64,000 bases of DNA from Eledone cirrhosa (taxonomy: Eukaryota), in the NCBI GenBank assembly GCA_964016885.1, contig OZ024740.1, forward strand, positions 242,668,001 through 242,732,000, read 5' to 3'. A model generated the notes under the pieces. It saw nothing but the letters and a program-made list of their open reading frames with translations. It was not told the DNA's origin and did no database searches. Below, one piece after another: positions 48,568-63,432 of the stretch (positions are counted from its first letter, which is position 1; the number at the start of each line of letters is the position of its first letter). A program made the position numbers and the translations under genes.

Positions 48568-51114
48568 TAAGGTGGAGATTGTAAGTAAGAAAATTAGAGA
48601 GGAGTGGAGTGGAATAGAAAGATACAAATGAAGCAGCAGAGAAAATAGGTGAGAGAAGAATTTTTTGAAAGGAAGAGACACATAAATGGCAGGAAGGAAA
48701 GAGTTAAGTGTTACGGAAAAAGATGCTTGCTCTTGTCAATTAGTGCATATTTATATGTGAGTGTGTACATATATATATGTGTGTGTGTGTGTGTATGTGC
48801 GTGTGTGTGTGTTGTGTATAAGCACATACGCATGAACATGTATATATCATCATCATCATTATCATCATTTTACACCATCATGGGTTGGACAAGTCATCAC
48901 AGTCCAAGTCAGTTCTTATTAGAAGATATTGATTCACCTAGAGAAGTTGAAGGATTATATTTCGCTGGTTCATTTCATTTTTGTATGGTTTCTGCTGTTG
49001 GATCCTATTTCTAATGTGAACTACTTCGGAGAATGTATTGGATGTATTTCATTGTGTAACTATCACTTGAGATTTCATGTCATCAGCTTGGTTAATGAGT
49101 CATCTTATCTCTACATTGTCTTGCATTGCCACTACTTTACCAAGTGTACTGAATGCATTTTATTATGGCATCAGCACTAGTGAAGGTGTCTTGTTTCAGA
49201 CAAGAGTAAAAAGAATGCTCATTGTGGAACCTATAGCATTTTTGGTCCTCATACCACTTCCTTACTCATTGGGCAGAGTTGGCCACCAGCAAGAGTGAGA
49301 CCCACAATTTAGAATGGCTATTTTACTGCATCTTCCTTGCTATCCTCTAAGGAATTGCTTTTGTATTGCCACTTTGTCCCCTGGCAATACAAGGTGGCTT
49401 GCACCTGTGGACCTACTCACCAGTGAGTGTTCTCCCACACCATCTGGGCTCATATCTTTGGGGATAGTGAGGACTAAGCATTCTTTCTCATATTCTTGTT
49501 GTATTGTGATTCACTGTTGATAGAGAAATGAAGAATACTCACTATTTTACATTCACTGAAAGCAACATAACCCTGAGGTCGAAATAGAAGAAAGAGCAAT
49601 AGCAGAATTAGAAGGATTGGTTAAGGGAAGTAAATATATAATGTTCGAAACAGATTGCTAAAGGTGAGAGTGTAATTAGGAGGGAAGAAATAGGAGAGAG
49701 AAAAAGGGAGTGAGAGGGTAGCTGAGGTGGAGAAATGGGAGAGATAGAAGTCATCGAAGTGAGACAGAATTATCAGCTACACATTCAGAGAGAGAAGGAG
49801 GGGGGAGTGAGAGTAAGAGAGAGCTGGGAAGAAGGGGAGGATGTATTATTTTATGCAAGATAAATGTAAACATCACCACTTGCATTAAATGATATTGATA
49901 TAAACATTCATGGAGATAGACACATATGTAATTCACACACACACATGCACAAACTCAAACACACACACACCCATGCACACGCATATATATTTTATATTTA
50001 TATATAACTGTAAATAAGATTGAAATATCTTTGAGCGTAGGTCTGTTTGATAGATTTGAGCTGAAATAACAACAGCGATCGTAATACTAATGAGTCCTTA
50101 TTTAGACCCAAGGCCAGAAAATTTGGGATAAGAGCAAAGTTGATTAAATCAGCCCAAGTACTTATCTGGTACTTTATTTCATCAACCCCAGAAGGATGAA
50201 AGGCAAAGATGGCAGGATTTGAAATCAGAATGTAAAGAGCCAGAACAAATATCACAATGGCATTTTATCTGATGCTCTAATGATTGTACTAATAATTATT
50301 TCTACTTTAGGCGCAAGAGGGTGGGGGTCGATTTAATCGACCCAGTGCATTACTGGTGCTTTATTTATCGACCCTGTAAGGATGAAAGGCAAAGCTACGA
50401 TCATTAGCATCAGCACTATTACTAGCCCCCATTACTATCATAACCATCACTACCACCATTACTACTGCTATCACCAGCATTGCTACAACTAGAACCATCA
50501 CTACCACTACAGCTATTACCTTCAGTACCACCATCATCATCAACACCAGTACCATTATCACCATCATTACTCTCACATGCCACCATCATCTCATCACACA
50601 GTAATCTCTCATATTATTGATTGCTTTATTAACCCTTTGTAACTATACTTCTAATGAAGTATAGTATACCTATGTATTTCAATTAATTTTGCAAATAATG
50701 AAGAATTTGAAAAGATTTAGTAAAATAATTAACTCTTATATTGTTTAAGCCAGTCATAATTGGCTGTAAATTGGCAGAATGATTAGTCTCAGACAAACTA
50801 TCTTGCAGTTAGTTCAAATTTGACTTTCATCTCTCTAAAAAGTCAATAAAATTAAATTTTGATTTCTAATTTAGGTACAATTTCAACAATATAAGAAGAT
50901 GGGCTGTATTTAGACAACAAACCCTTCAAATGTATAACCTTCTATATATGATAGAAATAGGATAGTGGATTGGCAGAATCATAGGAGCATTAGCATATCC
51001 TTATTTTTTAACTCTTTACATCTCAAGTTCAAATCCCACCTTGGCCAAGTTTAATTTTCAACTCTCCGTTGTGCTAATCTTAAAAACAAATATCACCATT
51101 TTTAAAAAATCATC

Positions 51115-51388
51115 ATCGGTGGTTTGGCAGTATTGGTAGCGGGTCGGATGCCTTGCTTTGCAGCATAGAGTTACGGCCCTTTACGATCTGAGTTCAAATC
51201 CTGCCGAGGTTAACTTTGCCTTTCATCCTTATGAGGTCGATAAAATGAAGCCCCAGTAATGTACTGGCCTTGTGCCAAAAGTAGAAACAATTATTATTAC
51301 CTTCAGTAATGCACTGGGATAATTGCTGGCCTTGTGCCTAAAGTAGAAACAGTTATTATTATTATCATTATTGTTATTATTATTATTA
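51115..51388 (+). mobile_element. SINE A with duplicated tail and (ATT)n
   Basis: B box GAGTTCAAATCC; two GGCCTTGTGCC.AAAGTAGAAACA tails. Confidence 0.85.
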
Positions 51389-51630
51389 CTCATAACGCTT
51401 AGTATACCGACACTATACCAAAAGAGTGAGCCATAGCCAATGGCTAAAGGCCCTTTGGGTTATTCCTTCTCCTTCAACTTTCCAACACCATCCTTAGAAT
51501 TCTTGCTGTTCCCAGCAAGGCTGTTTTCTGCAACAATCCAGTCCTGAAGGTAATTCCTAGCTTCTCAAGCCATGCATCCAACCTTCTACTAACTACTCCT
51601 AGTGTGCTAACCACAATTGCTATCATTTCT
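51389..51630 (-). mobile_element. R4/Dong-like LINE 3' fragment
   Basis: Minus strand reads IVVSTLGVVSRRLDAWLEKLG..LQKTALLGTARILRMVL*, followed by a (TAA)n tail. Confidence 0.75.
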
Positions 51631-51649
51631 ACGTGTCTGATTCTCTTTT

Positions 51650-52450
51650 TAGCTCCTGGTATATCTTGTATGTATGCTGGGACTGTGTAGGACTAGCAGA
51701 TAGAGGAGGAGGGTGTAAAAGCCTCGCAACACAGCTCAAATGCTTCCAACTGTCTGAAAGGTACCAACTGGATTTCCCAAATGTGCCAATGTGGACATGA
51801 ACAAACCGCATCGGGTCATCCAGATCGTATTTAGATAGGGTATTCTGTAGGGAAATAGTATAAGTTGTCCACAATTCAAAGTAGTCTATTACACAGACCA
51901 CAAATTTATATTCTGTGTGGTCAATCTAGACAGTTTTCATAAACAGGGAGCTGGGTACTAGAGGCGAAATGCGTCATTCCCAGCACACAAAGACTACAAA
52001 GACCGGATCAGTAAATTAACTAGGCGAGTGCTGACGGGAGCAATCATCAACAACAAATGGTGGTTCACCCTATGCGTAAACATACAATGAGGCTACAACA
52101 TCTCCAACCTTTCCTTGATGATGAACAGGTGTGGTCACCGTTCACTAGACATGTTTTCCACCAGCTCGTCTCCTTAATGGAGTTGCAGTTTTGGAGAACA
52201 GCTGGGAGAGGGCACTTTGCCCTAGCAGACAGGGTGACCATGGCTTTTTGTGGGATCTCTCCACAAGTGACTCTTGGTGTCTCCTCACCTTTGAGGAATT
52301 TGTTATGTTTGTTTCAAATGTTTATTTTCTTAGTCTCTGTTATAAATTTTATTTTACACAAAAAAGAACGCATATTGTATTGTCCTGTATTGTCTTTAAT
52401 GTTAGCTTAATGTGAGCCCTGTGTGGCTAATAAAGAAGTTATTATTATTG
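51650..52450 (+). mobile_element. Multiply deleted Tx1-like LINE
   Basis: APE segment homologous to 28760-29150 joined at ~52070 to the ORF2 C-terminal region (MRKHTMRLQHL) and 3' end GTGGCTAATAAAGAAG(TTA)n. Confidence 0.78.
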
Positions 52451-53398
52451 TTGTTGTTGTTGTCTATAATCTTTCAATAAAAGAGAGAGAGAGAGAGAGC
52501 ATTTAAATTCTTCTAAAACCATTCTCATATATGTTTGAATGTTTAAGACTATCAGACATATTAAAATAGTATTGATTTTATTCTTACTTACATATGTTCA
52601 GATAAAATTGTATTGATTTTAACATGCTTGGCTAATGCTATGTATATTCAGTTTGGAATAGTTAGTGGTGACTAAAAGGGCTGGCTCCAGAAAGGGCATC
52701 CGGCTAAAATCATTGCTTCTAAAACAGCCCATGATTAATATGATGATTGTCATGAGACAGACAATCTCCGTTTTAGCAAGGAATATGGTCTTAAAAGGCT
52801 TGTTTCTGTTTAATATGCTCAGATAAAATAGCGAAAATTGCTTTAGAAAGAAGAGTGAGCGTAATTTCTAAATCATTTCTTTAATATAAAATTATTCAAT
52901 CTGTGTACCTAATCAAGTTGAAATTTTGTTAAATTTTCTTCAAATTAAAAATTTTTTAAACGAAAAAAAAATGTTTTTAATTGTTGAAGACTAGGAAATT
53001 GCACTTACTATCACACATTCCTGTTAATATCATCCATTAATACAGGCCATGCTTCAAAACCTAAGGTAGCAATGAATTATGTCAAGCAGACATAAATAAT
53101 AATTCAGCTTTGTTGATAACATGGAGCACTCTTTTTCCTTCATCCTTTCTATGGAAACTCTTGAAACTACATACACACACACACACATATATATATATTC
53201 TAAAGCATGCAATTATAAAATTCAAACCCTTATAATTAAATGTAGCATGTATGTACTCTCATTCCTGTTGTGTCTCACTACAATGAAAGAGTTATCTATT
53301 AAAATCACATTTATTATTTTCATTCATATATGTCTTTTAAGTATGTATCACATCTTACATTCATGCCAGAAACATCACTGCTACATTTAAACAGGAAT

Positions 53399-53820
53399 CT
53401 ATCTATCTAAGGCAGGTAAAATTCCCGAGATCCATGGACGAGTTCTCTCCAGCGGTCTCTGTCCCTCATTATCGCTGAAAGTCCGCCTCTTCATTGCTGT
53501 AGTGGAGTCTGTGCTGCTGTATGGGTCTGAGACTTGGACACTGACCAAGAAACTCACTCAGATGGTGGATGGGTGCTACACGAGAATACTGAGGATGGCT
53601 CTGAACATTAATCAGTATACACTGAGGATGAAAAACTCAGAGCTGTATGGGAGCATCCCAAAAGTCAGCTCAAAAGTGACACAGAGGAGACTGAGGTTAG
53701 CTGGACATGCTCACCGACATCCAGAGTTGACATTGCACTCAGTGCTCCTTTGGGAGCCCCTACATGGACACACTAGAAGAGGAAGACCAAGGTTAATGTA
53801 TGTTGATGCCCTAAGGACAG
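53399..53820 (-). mobile_element. RTE insertion with 5' inversion (twin-priming structure)
   Basis: 3' end on minus strand 53399-53476; inverted segment on plus strand 53477-53820; 10-bp TSD AAACAGGAAT at 53389-53398 and 53821-53830. Confidence 0.88.
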
Positions 53821-54293
53821 AAACAGGAATACTATGCAATATTATTATCTGGCTATATTATCTCCCTTTATGCCAATGTTATTTTGGATGTTTGTATATT
53901 ACAAGAAGGATGGAAATTAGTAGCAGATAAAATACTGAGATAAATATAATCAGCCAATTCAATATAATTGACAATGGTGACCAGCATAACTACAGTTGAT
54001 TGACTGAAATCAGTAAAAGAGGAAGAGAAGAAGAGTAAAATCTAAAATTTTGGAGTTTCATTTGTTTGGCAAGTCACTTTATCTGAAACCTTGTGTTGAA
54101 ACTGAAGCAATTACATCAGAAAAGAGCCATTTTAGCCGTTAAAAAAACCCAGAAAAACTATTATAATCTCTTTTTATTTTTTTCACGATGACAACATTTC
54201 TATTGCTGCTTTGAAAATTGCTGTATCAGTGACCAGATTAGAGAAATTGATGAACATTTTGATAACAGAATAAATGAACAGTGGATATAACAG

Positions 54294-54400
<107 letters not shown>

Positions 54401-54468
54401 TGTTCTCTTTAATGACTAAAATGGCTCTTTTCTGATTTATCATCATCATCACCAACATGACCACCACC

Positions 54469-54515
<47 letters not shown>

Positions 54516-54889
54516 TCATCATCATTGCCATCACCATCATCATCACCATCATCATCATCATCATCATCCTTGTCACTGTTTAACAACCATCTTCCATGCT
54601 TGCTTGGGTTAGACCAGTTGTCATGTGTGTTTAGCCAGATCAGGTGACAACGTCTAGCACATACAGATCGGTTTTCGCTTGGTTTTCTATAGCTGGATGT
54701 CTTTCCTAATGTCAACCATCTTACAGAGTCGACTGACAGCTTTTCTTGTGGCATGACTACTATCACCTTACAGGGAGGACTGAGTGCCTCTTGGTCATTA
54801 TTACTTCAAATCTAAAAATGTCCCACTAAAAGCAAAACAGACAGGTTTTGACCTTAATCCATTTAATTTATTTTCAATTTAGTCATTCT

Positions 54890-55260
54890 GTATGCTCATT
54901 ATCATGCTTATTGCCTCATACAGTAGTGAAGTCTGGACATTTAAGAAAGAACATGAAAACATACTGCACTCTTTTGAGATACAATGTCTGACATCTATAG
55001 CATGTAAAATATTGAGAGACAGAAAAATGAATGATGTAGTAGAAGGATGGGAGTCAATATTACAATTATACAAGTCATTCATGTTATGGTCTCATTGTTC
55101 ACTAACTGGAGACATTTATGGTCCATTGAGTATTCAAGGGAGATTTCTAAGACCTGAGAAAGTGATCCAGACCATTGAAAAATTTGGCAAGAAAATATTC
55201 AGAAGGACACAAAACAATTGCTTTTGATATGCAAACTTGACCAGTGCAGAATTGTGTCCA
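54890..55260 (+). mobile_element. Ancient RTE-like LINE C-terminal fragment
   Basis: IASYSSEVWTFKKEHENILHSFEIQCL resembles the conserved LYGSE.WT..L..FE..CLR motif. Confidence 0.55.
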
Positions 55261-56231
55261 ATGGAGGCAACACGTACATACTATTGACCAACAAAGGAGT
55301 GGAATAACTCTTCATATAAATCAACAATCTTCATCACTTGGTAGTACTATGACATAAATATAAATTATTTTAGAATCCATCTTTGAATAAATCTGATTAA
55401 CTTCTAATGGAATGTTTTAATTTAAATTGGAGCCCCTTAAAATGAGTGTTTTTTGCTTCATAGAGCCAGAAACAGTTTTGGATGGGTTGGCATCAAAACA
55501 GTTAAATCCCACCAATACCATTCCTACAATTTCCCACTGCTCTCAGATGTTTGTAATACTTGAGAAACTGAAAAATTAAAATAGAAATTAAACTTCATTT
55601 TACCATTTTCTTTCATTTGATGAATTTATTTAAATTCTCCTTTATTTTCCTTATATTGTAGTTTTCTTCCTCTTTCGCTTCCCTCTCACTCCCTCCCTTA
55701 TTTCTCTATTTCTCTCTTTATTTTTTTCATTTTTTAATCACATTTCTAAGTCAAGACCTTGAACAATCAAAAATGATTTCTGTTTTTAAAATATGTTTCT
55801 TTATTGACAGACAGAAAATACTAGAACACTACAAGACTTAACTCAGCCTTCATACATGGAGTAACTTAAGTCTATATATTGACTATTGCACACCCTATAC
55901 TGATTTATTTAAATTATTTTTGTCTCTAACTTCTTCATCTATAATAGACTTCTGCTTTCTGACTTTCCCTTTTCTCTCACTTTTTCTTTGTATATGTATA
56001 TATATTATTATTACATCTATTCTCTGATTTCTCTCAGACACGCTTTTATTTTCTTTCTTTTTACTACTTTTAGATTTACTTTTTCCTCTCTTTCTCTCTA
56101 ATTCATATTTTCTTTTTCCCTCCCCACTTAATCTTCCTTTCACTCATCTATTTTCTCTGTCTGTCTTTATCATACTCTCTTCTTCTCATATATTCTCTTA
56201 TATCCCTATATCATTCTTATATCTAAGCCCT

Positions 56232-56307
<76 letters not shown>

Positions 56308-57089
56308 TACACACATATACACACACACACACATATATATGTATATACATATATATATATATATGCCAACACACAACACAAACATACATTATAAGATTCA
56401 TCCAACCCATGCAAGCATGGAAAAACAGATGTAAAATGAGGATGACATTGATGATGGTGATGTGTGTGTCTATCTACGCCTGTATGTCTGTCTCTCTATT
56501 CTCTACTCTTCTCTCTCTCTCTCTACTTTTCTTCATTCCCTAATCTTCCTTCTTTGCCTGTCTGCTATCTCTTTCTCTCTCTCTCTTTAATCGCTACTGT
56601 TATTTCCCTCACTCCCACTTTGCCTTCTTCTACTACACACTGCACACTGTACCTATCATGTCATGACATCAAGTGGAAAATATAGGCTATGCTTCTTTCT
56701 CTGGCATGAAGACAGTGTAGTTGTCTCTCCAAAGCACATACTCTTTCACCGAAAACACTATTCATGTTGTCTGGGCAAAAATAAAGAAAATAACTAATTT
56801 TCTTCTTAATATTTCTTCTTTCTTTTACTCTTTTACTGTTTCCAGTCATCAGACTACGGTCATGCTGGAATTTAATCAATAGTATCAACCTCAGCACTAT
56901 ATTTTTTCAAGTCTGGTACCTACTTCATCCATTTCTTTTTGTTGAACCACCAGGTTACAGGGAATAAACGTACACACACACATACACACGCACACACACA
57001 CACACACACTGTCTCTCCCTCTCTCTCTCCCTCTCTCTCTTTCTCTCTCTCACACACACACATACATACACATGCTCACATACATACAA

Positions 57090-57154
<65 letters not shown>

Positions 57155-59439
57155 TACAATGGGCTTCTGCAGTTTCTGTATAGCAAATTTCACTTCCAAG
57201 ACAGTTGCCCAAAGTACACAAAGCAGGAGTGAAACTGAAACCAAGGGGTTGCAAAATGAACTCCTTAACCACACAGCCATGCCTGTACCTGTCTATGTAT
57301 ATTTCTTTGTTGTTATTGCTGTTTTATTTCAGTATATATATTTAACTATCAGAAATAACTGGTAGGCCATTAAGCTTCATTTCATTTCATTACATAATTT
57401 AATTTTTTTAAATTTTTTACAAGTTGAAGTTGACTGCCCAGTCTTGGACTCTTGTTCCACCAGAGTCAATAAAGCCAAGTACTAGCAGAGATCAGAGTTG
57501 AGTCATTCGATTTTACAAATATGTGGCCTTTTGCCAATGTACAATATCATTTTTGACATTGCTTGGTTTCTAATTCTGGTGCGTACTTTGATTTTAACCC
57601 TTTTGTTACCGCATTTCAAATGAAAATCAGTTTAGGATTTTCAAATAACATTGAAAATTATCAAGAATATAGAAGAATTTAGTTATAGCCCTTTATCTTC
57701 AAATTCTGCCAAGGTCAACTTTGCCTTTCTTGGGTCAATAAAATAAAGTATCAGTAAATTACTGAGGTCGATATGATTGTATTTCCTCTTCCCTCAAATT
57801 GCTGGTCTTGTGCCAATGTTAGAAAAAATTAAGCTAGTGTTTTTCGAGCATAAATTTTAATAAATATTCTTACATAAAATTATGACGTAATGTAGATAAA
57901 TATAAACGTTAAAATATAGTTTAATATCGTAGAACTAAGGGTGGTTTCAGGCTATTTGGTGTCAAAAGTGTTAAAAACTGCATGTTGTTTAACTCCTGGT
58001 CAGCACTGATTGAACAGCCAATGATAAAAGGCAATCCAGCAATAATAACTCCTGTCTTTTCTTTTACATACATAGCATATCTAAAACTAAATGATCAAAT
58101 GTGTCTTGCATTTTTTTATGATGGTAGGCTGAGTTGGAGGAAATTTGGCTGCTATTTTCTATAATGTTCAGTAACTATGTATAGCTGCAGTTATCAATAT
58201 TTTGTCATTGCGACCTATTTTGGCAAATCAATAATCATCTGCAACACTTTTTAAAAATATTTATACAAAATACAATTTTCAAGAAATTTAATACATTTTG
58301 GGGAAAATATTTAACAGTTTTAGTTTAGAGTACATGTGTTGTAGTCCTCATGCTTATAGTTTATTATATAACATATTTATGAACATTTTACACACTTTAT
58401 CCCACATTTCAAAAGTAAAAGAGTTAATTCTACATTGACAAACTCAATTATCTTTACAATATCCATCATATAGTTTACATAAAAGTGGCAAATTGGTTGA
58501 GTTGCTAGACAATTCCTTGTGCTATTTGTTCCAGCTCTATGCACTGTGAATCCAAAACCTGCCTCCTGTTGCCAGAAAGATGGGGCCATGATATGACTCA
58601 GTCGATATCATTAAAAGACCCAAATAACTTCCTGTGGGATGCAGCCTTAAAGAAGGTCTGCTAAACTTGTGCAGGTATGAGCCATAACAACAATATAGTT
58701 CTGAATTTTAGGACATTATATAACAAAAATCAGGATAAGCAAACCAATAACAACAACTATTGCTATATAAACAACAACTACAATAAAAAATATTTGAGAG
58801 CAAGTGAGAGAAGAGTGATGTAGAGATTTTTTAAGTGATCATTTGCTTTTAAAAAATAGCAGCTAAATCTATCTCTATTTACATCTTACAGTCATAATGA
58901 GTGAAGTTTGCATTGGTTAATTTAGTCCAGTATACACTATGAAAATTAAGTGAAATGAACACAACTGTTTTGCTATTCATCATAGTTCAGCTTGACCAAG
59001 GCAAACCTGGACCTAAACAACAAGAACACAAAGCAACTCATGCCAATGCTAGGATCTGGCCCAGTGAGAGAACCTCAACATAATCCATCAAGCTGCTAAA
59101 CAGAACCCAAATTTGCCTCAAGCATTGATATGTAATAACTGAGAGAAGAACAGAGTGGCCTTTGATTATAGTTCTACTTTTGATTAGTGTGTGATTAAAG
59201 ATTTTGGTTTGTTTAGCCTGGGGCTTGATCCTATTTCATCACACTTTGGATTTGTCTTCTACTATAGCTTCTGGTGAATTGGCTGCTACCTTATATGTGG
59301 AATTTACTAGACTGAAACTGTACAAAAAAACCCATTGTGTATGTCTGTGTGTGTGAGCATGCATGTATGTGTGTAGGTGTGTGTGAAGGTGTGTGTGTAT
59401 TTGTAAGTGTGTGCATATATGTATTTTCTAGACACATAG

Positions 59440-59635
59440 AGTTACGGCCCTTGCCATTCTGAGTTCAAATCCCGCCGAGGTTAACTTTGCCTTTCATCCT
59501 TACGGGGTCGATAAAATAAAGTACCAGTAATGTACTGGGTAATTGCTGGCCTTGTGCCAAAAGTAGAAACAATTATTTTATGAATTTTTATGAATTATGT
59601 CGGCCCTTGTGGCCAATAAATGAAACCATTATTTT
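59440..59635 (+). mobile_element. 5'-truncated SINE A followed by a Tx1 3' terminal stub
   Basis: SINE tail 59550-59577; Tx1 terminus CCCTTGTGGCCAATAAATGAAACCATTATT at ~59604-59633. Confidence 0.8.
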
Positions 59636-59644
59636 ATGAATTTT

Positions 59645-60830
59645 TACCAATTGTGAGAGAGCCAGTTTCTAACATAGACACAAGACACTTCCATTGGAAG
59701 TTAGACATCAGCTAGGTAGATATGTATGTCTGCATGTGTGTGTGTGTGTGTATGCAGGTATGGATGTTATTGTATGTGTGGATGTGTATGTTTTGAGTTA
59801 TATGCATACACATACATGTTTTGTATCTGTACATGTGTATATGTACATGAAGAATTTTTGGAATGTTTTACATAGTTTTACTGTTTCATTAATGGATTAT
59901 ACTTGTAATTTCCTAACTAGTTGTATTTTTTCTGTTCCTGTGAAACCCAGCTTCTCAAAATTTGAATTGAGGCAGTTTCTAACATATCCCAGAGCCCCAA
60001 TAATCTCAGGTATAAATCTGAAGGTATAGTCACCATTAGTTCTACATAGATATTCTCCTTTTTGCTAATCTTTGATATTATATTGGCATCTGATGGGCAG
60101 CTAATTTCCTCTACTGTGCATGCCTTCTTTTCCCTGTCCCATACCATTATATCTGGTCTGTTATGCCTGTATTTTATTGTGGTTTTGACTGGAACATTCC
60201 ACCAGTACTCTTTCATATTATGTATGTATATGTCTTCCACATTGCTGTAGCTTTTAATGTGTTTATTAGTGGGGCTATCTTTTCTATGGATTGTATTGTA
60301 CAGTGTTTTGGCCATTGCATCATGCCTCATAAGTAGATAGTACCGCGATGACATCTTTGGACAGCTGCTGATGACATGGGTGACATCTTTGATGTTAATT
60401 CTGCAGAGTCTTCATTTGTTGTCACATCTCGGTGTCTTGCCTGCATTGTATGTATGCATGTATGTAAGTAAGTATGTATGTATGTATGTTCTTCTGGTTT
60501 TATAATTTCACAAAGTTTTACCAATAGAGAGAGAGTCGGTTTCTAACATAGACACAAGACTCTCTCATTGGAATTTACACATCAACTAGGTAGATATGTA
60601 TGTATGCATGTGTAGATATGGATGTTATTGTATGTGTGGATGTGTATGTTTTGAGTTGTATGTGTGCATGTGTATATGCTTTGCATCTGTACATGTGTAT
60701 ATGCAGTTATTAGATGCAAAATTTTTGGAATGTTTTACATATTTTTACTGTTCCATTAATGGATTGTACTTGTAATTTCCTAACTAGTTGTGTTCTTTCT
60801 GTTCCTGTGAAGCCCAGCTTCTCAAGATTT
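59645..60830 (-). mobile_element. Two tandem 5'-truncated RLE-type (R4/Dong-like) LINE copies separated by (TATG)n
   Basis: RYYLLMRHD..WWNVPV..HNRPDIMVWD..EISCP..KENIY endonuclease motif; 3' UTR present twice. Confidence 0.82.
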
Positions 60831-61509
60831 GTGTATGTATGTATGTATGTATGCATATATGTATGCATGTAAGTATGCATACATATATTTAAGTATGTAT
60901 ATACTTATGTATGTATGTATTCTATGCTGATTTACAAAAACAAAAAAAAAGTGCTTTACAAAATCCATTGCATTGGGCTAGACTATCTGTTGTCGTTCTT
61001 CTTATCAGAAATGCAGTGAACTAGTAATTGGCCTATATGAAACATGTAACCAACAACATTATCATTTACTAATTGTTTGTAATATTAAATAAATAAATAT
61101 AAGAAGATTCACAGAAAGTAACAATGAAAATAAATAAAAAACAATGTCGAGCTCACTTTTTATCATACCAACAAAAAGATAACAAAACAAAAAAAAACAA
61201 CTACTAGAAAACAATGAATTGCTGACAGAAGAACAAAATAAGAGAATAAGAGAATAGAAGAGTAGCAACATAGGAGCAGGCTGCACTCCAACAAACAAGG
61301 CAATGATGCAATCTAATCAGTAAACTATGCAATAGAGATCCACATTAGCTAACCCCAAACCGAGGTCGTGCCAGCTAAGAGTATTACTATAAACCACAAA
61401 GATTGTTTACTGTGCTTTGTATTTCACTTTTCATTGTTTCTACTGCTGCTTAAAACATTGGATTTTTACACTTCAGTGTGACTTATATATATATGTATAT
61501 ATATATATA

Positions 61510-61920
61510 TGTAAAGTTATGTTGGTGCCACAACATCCAGGCCGAAACAAATGAGATCGTGTAGGTGTCACGACAAAAAAACACACAGTGCACGCTGTAA
61601 TGTGGCCGTGTAGGCAACACGGTAAAAACCTCCCAGCCCCACACTGTAAATGTGGTTGGTGTTAGGAAGGGCATCCAGCTGTAGAAAACCCGCCAGACAG
61701 TCCACGCTGTAATGTGGCCGTGTAGGCAACATGGTAAAAACCTCCCAGTCCCACACTGTAAATGTGGTTGGTGTTAGGAAGGGCATCCAGCTGTAGAAAA
61801 CCCGCCAGACAGTCCTATGTGAGCAAGACAACCACTCTTGCCTCAAGTGGGAAAACTCCCGTCCAAACCCATGCAAGCGTGGAACACGGACGTTAAACGA
61901 TGATGATGATGATGATGATG
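61510..61920 (+). mobile_element. RTE-tailed short element with ~119-bp internal duplication
   Basis: Sister of 42904-43200; (GAT)n tail. Confidence 0.75.
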
Positions 61921-62522
61921 ATATATATATATATACACACACACACCAATATGTAGAGTAATGTGGCTTCCCCCTTACATCTCATGTTCACCAGATATCA
62001 ATAATCACTCCAGCTATACAGTGATTTTATGAGCATGGGTGTCTATATGTATGCATATATGTATGTATGTGTATGTATGTACTTATGTATGTATTTATGT
62101 ATGTATGTATGTATGTATGTATGTGTGCAGCTTTGAAATTGGCAGAGTCATTACAGTGTCAGATTGAAATGCCTCGGTATCTGTTCCAGCTCACTGTATA
62201 CTGCATTCAAATCCCACCAGAGTCAGCATTGTCTTCCATTCTTTCAAAGTTGATAGAGTACCAACTCTCTCTGGAAGAAATTAGCTGTTCTTCGGGGGGG
62301 GGGGGGGGGTGATCAAGACAGGCCATGTATCAGGAAAGTGCCCCTATGACTCAATCTACAGTTAGGGCCCTTTACTAATTAATATGTATGTATGTGCGTA
62401 TATCTATCTTTCTCTTAATTTCAAGTACACTTTTGACTGGCCACCTTCCTGGTGGCAAGGTTGTAAAAGAAAAGAATGTATATATGTATGTATGTATATG
62501 ATGTGTGTATATATATATATAT

Positions 62523-62709
62523 AACTGTTTCTACTTTAGGCACAAGGCCAGCAATTACCCAGTACATTACTGGTACTTTATTTTATCGACCCCGTGAGGA
62601 TGAAAGGCAAAGTTAACCTCTGCGGGATTTGAACTCGGATCGTAAAGGGACGTAACTATGCTGGAAAGCATGGCGTCCGACTCTCTACCAATACTGCCAA
62701 TCCACCGCC
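62523..62709 (-). mobile_element. SINE A, full length, in (TA)n
   Basis: Head, core and tail match family A. Confidence 0.9.
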
Positions 62710-63049
62710 TAATATATATATATATATATAACAGTCAACTGACAGGATCCCAGGCATCATTCACTTAATGAGTTGTGTGGAACTCATCAAATCAGATTGA
62801 GGAAACAATGTTTCCATTGGTCTTCCAGGCAGAAGGAGCAACATGAAATAATGTGTCTGTAAATCAAACTCACAATTTCCCAATTGAGAATCCAATTCTC
62901 TAACCACTCAGCCACACACCTATACAAATGTATGTATGTATGTTCTTCTGGTTTTATAATTTCACAATGTATGTATGTTTTTCTTTCTCTGACAAAGCAC
63001 CTGAGAAAGATGGTATATTGACTGAAATAGTGCAGCAAGGTGGTCCTAA

Positions 63050-63432
63050 AGAAAAATGATATTTGCATAACATACACAACTAAGTGTGCATGAAGGATGC
63101 AGTCCTATAGGACTGGAAGATGCTATTCCCAACTCCATGTTTGTGACAACTGCCAATGGATCTCTTTACTATCAGTTGTTGGTAAGATCTTTGCTTGGAT
63201 TCTTCTTAATTTTCTCCTGGTGCATGTTTCACCTAACACTCTGCCAGAATCACAGTGTGGTTTCCATCCATATCAGTGCACTACAGATATGATCACTGTA
63301 CAGCAGATAAAGGAGAAGTGTAAGAAGCAACAGCTTGATCTGTACTATTGCTTTATTGATCTCATGAAGGTCTTTAAAACCATTATTAGGCAAGCCCTTT
63401 GGAGTATACTCTTGAAGCTGGGATTTCCTGAG
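63050..63432 (+). pseudogene. RTE/BovB-like RT fragment
   Basis: ISLLSVVGKIFAWILLN..LPESQCGF..TTDMI..QQIKEKC..FIDL. Confidence 0.85.
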
